A stretch of DNA of 64,000 bases from NCBI GenBank assembly GCA_951804945.1, contig OX638150.1:71052001-71116000 (forward strand), given 5' to 3'. The notes under the pieces are model-generated. The model made no database searches. It was not told the origin of the DNA and worked only from the letters and a program-made list of their open reading frames with translations. Source of the stretch: Podarcis cretensis (lineage: Eukaryota). The position numbers were made by a program, and so were the translations under genes. The first letter of the stretch is position 1. Each line of letters starts with the position of its first letter. Of the stretch, positions 12,667 through 23,800 are shown one piece after another.

Positions 12667-12780
12667 CTTGTTAGGCGATCTGCACGAGCAGCCAGCCTTT
12701 CTCAGCAGCCTGGAGCTCTCAGCAGTCCTCCTCCTAGGTTTATATAAGGCGGGCATGTAATAAACATGGAACCAATTAGG
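12667..12780 (-). promoter_or_regulatory. TATA promoter and short non-coding exon 1 of the crystallin-aerolysin gene
   Basis: TATATAAA 12746-12739, GC box ~12748-12754, CCAAT ~12772-12776; donor CAAG|gtgggt at 12667/12666; matching acceptor ttttcctctcatgcag (exon 2 starts 10231). Confidence 0.7.
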
Positions 12781-13044
12781 ATGTTGTAAGGATTGCCTCT
12801 GCCTATAAACATTGCAGCCAGTCTGAAGAATGCAAGTAAAGGAAGAATTTCAGCACAGCCCAACCCACAAGCTGTCAAGAGACAAATCCTGGAGCCAGAA
12901 TTTGACCGATTTATGAATTCAGTTTTCTCGCCAATCTGTATGAAAACCAACATGTGTGCAGCTCCATTTGCTTTCAGACAGAGGCCGATACATTTTTAAG
13001 TGCTGCTCACAGGCAGATTTTTTGCTCTGTTCCTCATCAGTGAG

Positions 13045-13094
<50 letters not shown>
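13045..13094. repeat. (GAAA)n microsatellite upstream of the crystallin-aerolysin promoter
   Basis: Tandem GAAA units. Confidence 0.95.
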
Positions 13095-13096
<2 letters not shown>

Positions 13097-14079
13097 TCCA
13101 TCCTTCTAATTTCACTTACAGTTGAGGATAACTGGGGAAGAAAAAGAACAGTATTGAGCTTACCATACTCGGCTCTTGATGGACAGAGTTAGCTGAGGGT
13201 TAAGTCAGGAGGCAACCTAAGCCTGGGGGGCCAGATGCGGCCCAATCGCCTTCTAAATCCAGCCCATGGACGGTCCGGGAATCAGCGTGTTTTTACACGA
13301 GTAGAATGTGTGCTTTTATTTATCATGCATCTCTGGGTTATTTGTGAGACATAGGAATTCATTCATTCCCCCCCCCCCGCAATATAGTCCAGCCCACCAC
13401 ATAGTCTGAGGGATGGTGGACGGGCCCACGGCTGGAAAAGGTTGCTGATCCCTGGGTTAAATCATCACTCTGCTGCTGTTTCCTTCCCACTGCCCTCTGA
13501 CGAAGTGGGAATTTCTAGGTATACACTGCAGCTCAGCCTTTGCCAAACTGGTGTCCACTAGATGTTTTTGACTGCAACTCCCAGCAGCCCCAGCAAGCAT
13601 AGACTTGCTGGAGTCGAAAAACATCTGGAGGGCAACAATTTGCCGTTCACAATAAAAGCAGGAAAAAGAAAATGAGGAAAATGACAGTAGCTGGTTACAT
13701 ACTTAGTATACATGCCAGAAGCAATGAAGCTAGCTGCACAATTCTGCCAGCCAAAAACGTTTTGTCAACACGTGAGGACAATCCTTTCCTGGACCGATTG
13801 TGCTTCTGCTTCCAACCCATGTGGATTCTATAAATTGTCGGCATTTCTCTCTCACACATAGCTACAGGCTATTTATTTATTTATATTTCTGCATTCATGT
13901 CCCATTATTCTTCCAATTAACATACATGGTTCTTGACCATCCCCATTTTATCCTCACACCAACTGTGTGAGATAGATTAGGCTGAGAGATAGTGACTACT
14001 TCAAGGGCACCTAGTCTAGTTCATGACTGAGAGGGGATTTGAATCTGGTTCTTCCCAGCTCTAGTCCAGCACTCTAAAC

Positions 14080-14329
14080 CAGGGGTCAGCAACCTTTTTC
14101 AGCTGTGGGCTGGTCCACTGTCCCTCAGACCATGTGGTTGGCTGGACTATATTTTTTGGGGGGAAATGAACGAATTCCTATGCCCCACAAATAACCCAGA
14201 GATGCATTTTAAATAAAAGGACACATTCTACTCATGTAAAAACACGCTGACTCCCGGACCGTCTGCGGGCTGGATTGAGAAGGCTATTGAGCCAGATTCG
14301 GCCCCCGGGCCTCAGGTTGCCCACCCCTA
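14080..14329. mobile_element. hAT-type MITE
   Basis: CAGGGG.. TIR, 8-bp TSD ctctaaac; relatives at 13206-13454 and ~31540-31943. Confidence 0.8.
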
Positions 14330-14788
14330 CTCTAAACACATCACTGGCTCCCCTCCCCACAAACTTTCTGCTTGATTACTTGAAGAGAAGGCCACAAAGG
14401 GGGGGGGAGAGGGGTTTCATTGAGCTAAACCTCTGGTTACTCCCATTCCTGAAATTCTGTTTGTGGAATTCATTCAGGGTCTAGACATTGGGTCACCTGA
14501 ATTTTCCCACAGCATCAAACCCATTTTGGAGAAACATCACAAGTGCCACCTAGTGGGGTTGCAAATTTTTCAACTTTTTCTATTGGACTTCCTAAGGCTG
14601 TTCACATAAGAAAACAATTTTTACCATATTCCAGAATGTTTCAACCCAGTCTGTTACTGATGGCATTGTACTTTTTCCAGGCCACCTTTTGCAATGCCAC
14701 AGCTAGTCAATTTAAAACATTTTGCAAATTAACGTCATGCACTGTATCTTTCAAATAATAATATTTTAGAGTAGTTTAACAATAAATA

Positions 14789-15141
14789 GGGAGGCGGGTG
14801 GTGCTGTTGGTTAAACCATAGAGCCTAGGACTTGCCGATCAGAAGGTCGGCGGTTTGAATCACCGTGATGGGGTGAGCTCCCGTTGCTCGGTCCCTGCTC
14901 CTGCCAACCTAGCAGTTCGAAAGCACGTCAAAGTGCAAGTAGATAAATAGGTATCACTCTGGCAGGAAGGTAAACGGCGTTTCCGTGCGCTGCTCTGGTT
15001 CGCCAGAAGCGGCTTAGTCATGCTGGCCACATGACCCGGAAGCTGTACGCCGGCTCCCTTGGCCAATAAAGCGAGATGAGCGCCGCAACCCCAGAGTTGG
15101 CCACGACTGGATCTAATGGTCAGGGGTCCCTTTACCTTTAC
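14789..15141 (+). mobile_element. Sauria SINE
   Basis: tRNA-like head, (ACCTTT)n tail, 15-bp TSD gtttaacaataaata. Confidence 0.9.
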
Positions 15142-15859
15142 GTTTAACAATAAATAACCAGCCATTTCTAATATTTCTAACAGCATGCCAATAAATTTGA
15201 ATTACTGGGCAACTCCCAAAAAAATGTAAGCTATCTGCTTAGTTCACATCACAGCTCCAGCATTTATTTGAGAATATACCTGCACTGATACTGGACTTCA
15301 TGGGCATTTTCCTTGAAATCTGTAGTTATAATACTGTCTTGGTATTCTAACCAACACCTATTTCCATTCCTTCTCTGTTAATTCTTGTCAAATATTTTAG
15401 CCCTTTTAAATAAATGTACCAGTCTTCTTATCCAATTTAATAATTATAATACAGGCCTTACCAATTAAACCCTTATCGTGTTCTGATGCTAATAATATTT
15501 CAACTTCTGTTTCCGCTCTCAAAGGTCCACATTTCCTTAATAAACAATATGGTACTTCTCTTATTTGAAAGTACTGATACAACTGCAGAGAAAATCAGTC
15601 AACGTATTAGTAATTTCTACATAGTATTTAAATCCGCTGCCTAGTTGTTGTTTTTTTAATTCAGTCTAGTTCTGCTTTATACAAAGATGTAAGATCACTG
15701 AGCATGTCGCCTGCCTGTGAGATGATTTCATTGTAAAATAAGGAAATATGAGGAGACAAAAGCAAGGTAAATTTATTCTTTAACTTATACCAAACCGATT
15801 CACTGGTAAAAACATAAGAGTCATAGAATTGTAGACTTGAAAGGGACTCTGAGGGCCAT

Positions 15860-16600
15860 CCAGCCGAAGAAACATTCTAAAAATCCTTTTTAACTTCTCT
15901 TGCAAGCCTGAGTTAATTCTGAGCTTTGGCCCACCTGACTTTTCCCCTGCAACTGTTGACTACTCATGTATCCTTCGTAATTTCTCCTTTTTTCCATTTC
16001 TTATACCTGAAGCTCATCTGAAAGCTCCTTATGCAGCCACACCAGTTTCTTTAGGTGCCTCACACTTTAATTTTTTGTTGGGATGGTGCCTACAATAGTT
16101 TACTTTTAAGAAACTCCTATCCATCTTGAACTTCCTTCTCCTTGAGTATATTTTACCATTGGATGTCACACAGTAGTCCCTTCGGGTTTTTGAAATCAGT
16201 CTTCTTAAAGTCCAGAGTGCGTGTCCGACTACACTCAGCTTTCCTTTGCCTCTGTATCTTGAAACAGAGGAGGACATGATCACTTCCTCCCAGGTTTCCC
16301 TGTACTTTCACTTTATGGATCAGTTCCTCCCTTTTGGTGAGGACCAGGTCCAAGAGAGATGACCCTTCCCCCTGTTGCTTCTTCCACCTTCTGGGAAATG
16401 AAATCGATATTTTCCTTTTGAACAGGTTGTCCTCTCAATTTCTACATTCCAGTCATGAGTCTTATCCCACCAGGTTTCAATAATGCCTGTTACCGGTAAG
16501 TCACATTTGCAGTCCTGTATTATGAGCTCAAGTTCTTCTTGCTTGTTTCCAATACTCTGTGCATTTGTGTAAACAAAACTGAAACCATGAGTCATCCCCC
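15860..16600 (-). mobile_element. Degenerate CR1 LINE ORF2 (AP-endonuclease region) fragment
   Basis: Frameshifted peptides YTNAQSIGNKQEELE, IIETWWDKTHDWNV, LDLVLTKREELI..GNLGGSDHV. Confidence 0.85.
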
Positions 16601-17105
16601 CGCACGCTGCTGCCTCTGTCCCCCTCCATAGGTCTCTCCTTTCTTTGGGGAACCGCAGAAGAGTACAGACAGTACTCTATTAAGCAATCTGTGCCCTGTA
16701 TTCTTCTTTAACAAAGGATGCAAACAAAAATGCTTGGACTGATGGAACAATCAGAATAGCACAACTGCTCCCATGATAATAAAAGTTTAAAACAAATTGG
16801 GGTCACAAGAGTAAGGTGCTTCCTAAAAATACTTAACTGAAGGCCAGGATAAAGAGTTACATCATCAGCCTGCAATGGAAACTATATAATGAAGGTGCCA
16901 GACACATCTCAGCGGAAAGGGAAGCCTGCAACTTAGGGGCTGCCACAGAGAATGCCTTCTCTTAAGCCACCCCCTGAAAATTCTGAAAAAGTCGAACTAC
17001 CAAGGGGGCTCCCTCTGCTTCTGAGCAAATGGGTACCTTCCGTGCAAAATGGGATGCTCAATATGTCCCATTCATTTCCCAGAGATACTAGCACCATCAA
17101 GCAGG

Positions 17106-17604
17106 CAGGGGTGTAGATAGCTGCTCCGGCACCCAAAGCGACGGGGGCAGGGCAATCCGCACACTGGGGCGGTTTCAGTATCCGCCCAGGGGGGCGAAGC
17201 GGCAAACTGCCCATGGAGTTTGCCTGGTGAACACAAGCCCCATGCTGCCATTTCAGGCAGCACAGGGCCCTGAGCCACGTCACTCCCAGGAGCATAGCTG
17301 TCAACCTTCCCTTTTTTTGCAGGAAATTCCCTTATTCCAACGCCGTTTCCCGCTGCTTCCTGCTGCTATCCCAGATAGTTAGATATCCCGTAGACTGTCC
17401 CTGGGACAGGTGAGGCTGCTGATCCCTTATTTTCAAATCTGAAAGTTGACAGCTATGCCCAGGAGTGATGGGTGGCTTGGGCGTGCTGGCCAGGCCAGGC
17501 CCCGTGGTAAGTGCCGACCCCCGTGGTGTGCCATTTTGTCACCCCCCTCAAGGATGACACCTGGGGTGAGCCACACACCCCGCAGCCCTCTTCCTACGCC
17601 CCTG
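17106..17604. mobile_element. hAT-type element with a nested hAT MITE (17293-17457)
   Basis: Outer TIR CAGGGG(T/C)GTAG with TSD (c/a)aagcagg; inner TIR CATAGCTGTCAAC with TSD cccaggag. Confidence 0.75.
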
Positions 17605-18830
17605 AAAGCAGGTACTCCTCCTATCTCTGGACGCCATGAATCACTTCCTAAGGCCATAACTAAGGGGAAATGAAGGCACCTGTGTTTCAGTTGTGTAATT
17701 CTAATTGAAAGCTGTTTTAGTGTTTTGCTGCCGTCCGCTGAGCACAATTGCAACATTCCGTAAGCACATTGGGGCTGTCTCTTTTATGATGGATGTTTAA
17801 TACGAGCCAACAATCATGACCCAACAGTTTCTGAGAACAAAAATCCCTAGGGAAGCACAATAAAATGCTACATCTGCTTTTAATTAAAAGCCACACTGAA
17901 GCTGCCACGTTCAGAAGAAATGCAAATGTTTGCTGGGGATGCTTTCCTAAAGGCACCATCTGAGTGGAAGAACTTCAAGTACAGGTGACTAGGCATTATC
18001 AGGGGTAGCACCCAGGCTATGGACCTTCATCTCCTTGAAGCCACTTTAGGCTGAAATCGTCCTATGTTCTGATGGCAATGCAAAACACTTCCCACCCTGC
18101 CTTCCACCTCACTTCCCATGCTTCTCTTTATGAGTCAGTAATAAGGGGAAAGAAGACTAGGCACACAACAACACACATCCCACTGATTTCAGCAAAAGCG
18201 ATTTAAACATTTTCTTAACTCTCCCATTAAAAATGCTTTACTTTGACTGAAATGTGTCACTTAAGGGCGGGATGGAAGGTTAATTCTTATCCCAATCTGT
18301 ACCTGAGCTGGGATTTTAAAATGTAGAAATATGGTTTTATTGTTGGGTGCTTTTATTGTTAATCACTTTAGGATGTTTCATGGGAAGCAACTCATAAATG
18401 AAATAAATAAATAACAGTGCGCTTTTTCTTAGTTTTAATGTGACATTTTGCCATTTATTTTCATGGATATGCTCCACTTATTTTATATTTTGAGTCCTTA
18501 TATTAGGTACTATTAAAATCCACAAATAAACATTAAATAAAACACACAGAAAAAAATATGAAGGAGGCAAATGACATGCATAAAGGAAGGGATGTTCATA
18601 AAAATCAGCAGATAATGCCAAGCTGTAAAGGGTAGCTAAGACCTTAGAAAACTGAAAAAGGAACTGAGATTTTCATGACAGGGCAGAGAACTACTAAAAA
18701 ACTAACAATGAATTTCAGCAGAGATAAATGTAAGGTTCTGTATTTGCACAAATATGTTATTTATTTATATTAAGGAATGAGGATGTGTGATACCTGAGTT
18801 GATAATGGTACATGTGAAAATGATCTATGG

Positions 18831-18966
18831 CAGGCATCCCCAAACTCGACCCTCCAGCTGTTTTGGGACTACAACTCCCATCATCCCTAGCTAACAGGAC
18901 CGGTGGTCAGGTATGATGGGAATTGTAGTCCTAAAACATCTGGAAGGCCAAGTTTGGGGATACCTG
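18831..18966. mobile_element. Short palindromic hAT-type MITE
   Basis: Long TIRs containing ggactacaactccc, 8-bp TSD atctatgg; relatives at 4606-4742 and ~32920-33051. Confidence 0.8.
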
Positions 18967-19158
18967 ATCTATGGTTTCTACAAGTTAACAGACCATGTTC
19001 TTGGAGGACCATAAAGCCCTCCTGGATAAAGCCAACAGCCCATCTACTCCTGAATCCTGTTCCCACAGTGGCCACACAGTGCAGGAGGATTCCATGCAAA
19101 CCCCTTCCTGATTCACCCCCTCTATATAATACACTCACTGTTACTATATATCAATATA

Positions 19159-19522
19159 AAGGTAAAGGTAAAGGTACCCCTGCCCGTACGGGCCAGTCTT
19201 GACAGACTCTGGGGTTGTGCGCCCATCTCACTTAAGAGGCCAGGGGCCAGCGCTGTCCGGAGACACTTCCGGGTCACGTGGCCAGTGTGACATCGCTGCT
19301 CTGGCGAGCCAGAGCCGCACACGGAAACGCCGTTTACCTTCCCGCTGGTAAGCGGTCCCTATTTATCTACTTGCACCCGGAGGTGCTTTCGAACTGCTAG
19401 GTTGGCAGGCGCTGGGACCGAGCAGCGGGAGCGCACCCCGCCGCAGGGATTCGAACCGCCGACCTTTCGATCGGCAAGCCCTAGGCGCTGAGGCTTTAAC
19501 CCACAGCGCCACCTGCGTCCCG
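19159..19522 (-). mobile_element. Sauria SINE
   Basis: (AAAGGT)n tail on the plus strand, TSD atatatcaatata. Confidence 0.9.
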
Positions 19523-20784
19523 ATATATCAATATACAGCTCTGCAAATTATTTTGACTAGGGTCTGAGCAGGACCTGGATTTGTTGTAGGGTTGCCATAT
19601 GTCCTCTTTTTCCAGGACACGTCCTCTTTGTTGTGGGTATGTAAAATAAGTGTTGTCATAGCGATCCACAGTTATAAAGTAGAAGTTGGCAAATGTGTCC
19701 TTTTTTTTGATCTTCAAAATATGGCAACTCTAAAAGATACCATAACATGGTTGCCAACTTTCACATTAGTGGACAAAGATTGCAGGACTTGTAATAAAGC
19801 TATGAGAATATTTAGTTTCTATCCACTCATGGAGATGTGAGTAGCCATAACACCTTGCTTCTTCATCTCATTTTAACAACTACAACTGCCTCAGCAGCTT
19901 GTCAGCTCCCTTGGCTGGGAAGTCTGAAGAACAGCAAAAGAGCCTCATTTTGCCTGCCCTTAATCGCGTCCAGCTGAGCAACAGCCTTTCTCAACAGCGT
20001 TTGCTTTAAGAACAGCAAAAGCAGCTGGAAGAGAGGAGTTTTGTGTGACCTGGGGACGGGGGGGGGGGAATCTTTTAATAATTTCATAAACTATGTGCCC
20101 CTGCTGCTCAATTTGATTTTTTTACAAGAATTTTTATGTATTGCGGTATCTTATGTATTGTAATTTTGCTGTTATCTTTATAATTTAAGTAATGATTTAT
20201 TGTAATTGTTGATAGTGGATTTCTATTTAGTTGTTATTTGTTGGTATTTTGAAATTTATTTTTATAGGGTACTATTATATTCTAATGGGACTGTTGAATA
20301 TTACTTTATTGGATATAAGTTGTTGATTTTAAGCCATATTTTTTTATTTGCCTTATTTGTGTTGGATTGGATCGTTAATAAGATGTGTGATTGGTGTTGT
20401 TTAATTTTGTTGTTTCTTCAGCTTGTAAACTGCCTTCTGTAGAGCAATATAGAAAGGTGGTATACAAATTAAAGTGAAATTAAAACAAGGCTGCTAGGTT
20501 GAGTAAGAAAATACTAAAAAAATAATAATCAGATAGCTGATCAAAGTGCTTCCTTTTTTAATCCAATGACTGCTCATTTCATCCTTCCTGTTTGGGAAGC
20601 AATTTCAACAACTAAAGTTGGCAGCTCTGCATCTGAGCCTTAAAGCTGCCTTTCTTTCTTTTAAAAAAATGTTCAGCTCTAGAACTCCCATCCTGCAGCT
20701 ACAAGCACGTTTACTTGATTCAGTACAATGCTGCCCTTTGGTAACATGACTGCTGTTGATCCAGAGCACACAAATTAGAATGTG

Positions 20785-20884
20785 TCACAGCCACAACAAA
20801 AAAGGACGTCCTGACTTAGTTAACTTCTTCTCTTGCTGTTTCAAGCGTTTCCTTCCTTTCTCACCAAATCCATTACTACCCAAC
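20785..20884 (-). CDS. NLRP terminal LRR/cap exon
   Basis: tttccttttcttccag acceptor; LGSNGFGEKGRKRLKQQEKKLTKSGRPFLLWL*. Confidence 0.85.
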
Positions 20885-23800
20885 CTGGAAGAAAAGGAAA
20901 GATAACCAGGAATGAGTACAAATGAATACAGTGGTACCTCGGGTTACATACACTTCAGGTTATGTACGCTTCAGGTTACAGACTCCGCTAACCCAGAAAA
21001 GTACCTCGGGTTAAGAACTTTGCTTCAGGATGAGAACAGAAATTGTGCTCTGGTGGCGCAGCGGCAGCAGGAGGCCCCATTAGCTAAAGTGGTGTAGCCT
21101 TATTGGAGTTCACCGATTGGGTCTGCATTGCTCCGGGACAGGAGGAAGGAAGTCAAATGACACTGAGTTGGTTCAAAGAAAGAGTTTATTCTGCTCTCCG
21201 GATAGCAGAAGGCAAGTCCAAAGAAATGACAAGTTTCATGCAGTATATATATCCTCCAGGCACCTCTCCCCCTTCCCCAGCCACGTCAGCTTGTACACGC
21301 AGGTTGACATCACAGATGTTCCTGCTCCGGCACTCTTAACCATAAAAGGGATTTCCTTCCTGCACTCCTGACCATAAAAGGATATTCCTGTTCCTACTCT
21401 TATCTTGGAAGAGGTCATGATCTCCGGGAACACACTTTTGGCGTTTTCCCTGGACATCGGTCCCCACGTATTTTGTGGTGAGCACATAAGATAAAGTATT
21501 GACGTGTTTTCTTTGTTCCCCTAAAGAGTCAGGGTCATCCCTCCCCGTGACTGATAAAGGAGAGAGCTTGTTTATGCAATTGTGTCCTTATTATGCTTTT
21601 GCTCAACAGCTCAAGTTTTACGCATTTTAAAATGCTCTCTTTTGAAAGAAGAAAAGGGGGGGGAGGTTGAGTCAGTTTTAAACTTGCTACACAGAAACCC
21701 ATTCCTTCAGTGGTGCTTCAGGTTAAGAAGTTTCAGGTTAAGAACGGACCTCCGGAACGAATTATGTACTTAACCTGAGGTACCACTGTACCAGGATCTG
21801 AAGCTGCAGTTTTTATGAGTGGGCTGCAATGCTACCTTCTGTCTTCATATCCTATGATATGAAGTGAGCAGCAGAGAGAGGAAGGATCCAGTGATTTAAC
21901 TTAAGGTAATGAAGTGAGTGATATTTTTTAAGGGTATGCAGGAGCTCGACATATGTGACTGAGGCAGGGGAAGGGAATCTCAAGCCCAAAAGCCGAATGC
22001 AGCCCTCCAACCCTCAGGACTCTCCTTACTTAGGTTGTATTTCCTCTCTCCCTCTTCCTCACTGACACTGTTCCACACCCTCAAGTGTGTTTGCTTGGCT
22101 GCAGTGTATCCTTGAGGCAAGCAAGAAGCATCATCACAACTTCTTTCTTTCTCTCTTTCTCTCTCTCTCTCTCTTTCCTTCCTTCCTTCCTTCCTTCTCT
22201 TCCTATGTCCAAGACACCATAGCTTTAATTGAATCTGGCAAGTCTGTAGCATGTCTTCAGTTGGCCAGGAGCAAATCTGGTGGGATGAACTGGGTGGTTA
22301 CACAACTATCAATCTCTATGTTGGACCTAAATGAGAGCAGGAGGAGAGCGTGCTAGCAGAATGGAAAGTTTTACTGGCTTCAGCTTTTGGCCTTACATCA
22401 TGTGCTCAAACCATTTTATTCCCATGTAAAGGAACTGGAAACAGCAATTTCCCTTTTCTTTTAACCACCCTCTGTTTCCGGATGGAAATGTGTGTGATGT
22501 CAGCATAAATGTGTGTATTTGTTATGTTGAAATCTGCTTATAAAGAGCAAACTCTTCTGGTGACAAGTTGTAAGGTCAGATATGCTCTGAGAAACCTGCT
22601 TTGCCATTCAGCCCTTTGCCATTCAGCCAAAATACTCCTCCCATCCTGCCACTTCACTTCTTTGGCCTCAGGAGTGACAACAGCAAAGCAATCCTATCAG
22701 TTTCCTGGAAGGCAAGGTTAGTTCTCTCTCCCACCCTTTATCAGCACTTACCACAGAACAGTCAGGCTGGGGCAGGTCTCCATGAGGTGGCGGATGAAAG
22801 GCACAGAAACCTCTGAGAAGGAGTTGTCTTGAAGGTCTAGGGTGCAGAGCGTGTGGCTGGTGCTCAGAATAGTGCAAAGTTCTTGGGCGCAAGCATCTGT
22901 GAGGTAATTCTCATCAAGACTGGCAGGGACAAAATGGACGCAAGGTCATAGGCAGATCACACACTACATCTAAGCACTATTATCCTTTCCTCAAAGCTTT
23001 GGTGAGAGCAGACTCAAAGGAATATATAGTTACAAGCAAACTATTATTCAGTCTACTTCCAGAATTGAACGTGCAACTCGAAGCCAAGTTGCCAGGTTGA
23101 ATAGTCAGTACAGTGGTGCCCCGCAAGACGAATGCCTCGCAAGACGGAAAACTCGCTAGACGAAAGAGTTTTCCGTTTTGGAGGTGCTTCACAAAACGAA
23201 TTTCCTATGGGCTTGCTTCGCAAGACGAAAATGTCTTGCGAGTTCCTGCGGGTTCCCCCCCCCTTCCCCCCCTTTTTCTAAGCCGCTAAGCCGCTTATCC
23301 GCTTATCCGCTAAAAGCCGCTAAACCGCTAATAGCGCTAATCCGCTAAGCCGTCAATGGGCTTGCTTCGCAAGACGAAAAAACCGCTAGACGAAGAGACT
23401 CGCGGAACGTATTCTTTTCGTCTTGCGAGGCACCACTGTATGAGGAATACCTAACATTCCTCTTTCCTCATTGCCTTATGTGCCAGAAGGCATACTAGGA
23501 AGCTACTTGGCCAGAGTGCTTTCCTCCCCCCACTTTACTTGGAAGTGTAATGACTTGAGCAGTCATTAAGAGGAAATTATAAGTAGCTGAGCTCTGTATC
23601 TTCTGGAGACAACTTGTCTGCTGATGTGGAGCTGTCCCTGGTCCTGTTGGTCTTGTTCCCAGACCTTACTCTGTCTTTGCATCCTGCTCTCAGCACCAGT
23701 GTCTGGCTACTTGTGTCTAAAAACCCTTCCCACTGTGAAATTTCTCTCTCACTGCCAGCTAGTTGCACCCAGACTCCCACAGACCCTGCACCCCATTGGA

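Noticed and set aside
10141-22752. Read-through NLRP-aerolysin fusion protein (NLR with an integrated pore domain)
   Set aside because: The aerolysin-gene acceptor at 10231 gives stops in all three phases (TAA 10189-10187 in the aerolysin frame). The secondary acceptor before 10147 needs a phase-0 donor, but NLRP coding donors are phase 1 or 2. Each gene also has its own promoter and stop.
23111-23438. Regularly spaced GCAAGACGAA / CCGCTAA repeats resembling a CRISPR-like array
   Set aside because: Internal subterminal repeats of a TA-flanked MITE, with a second copy at 41356-41634; eukaryotic context
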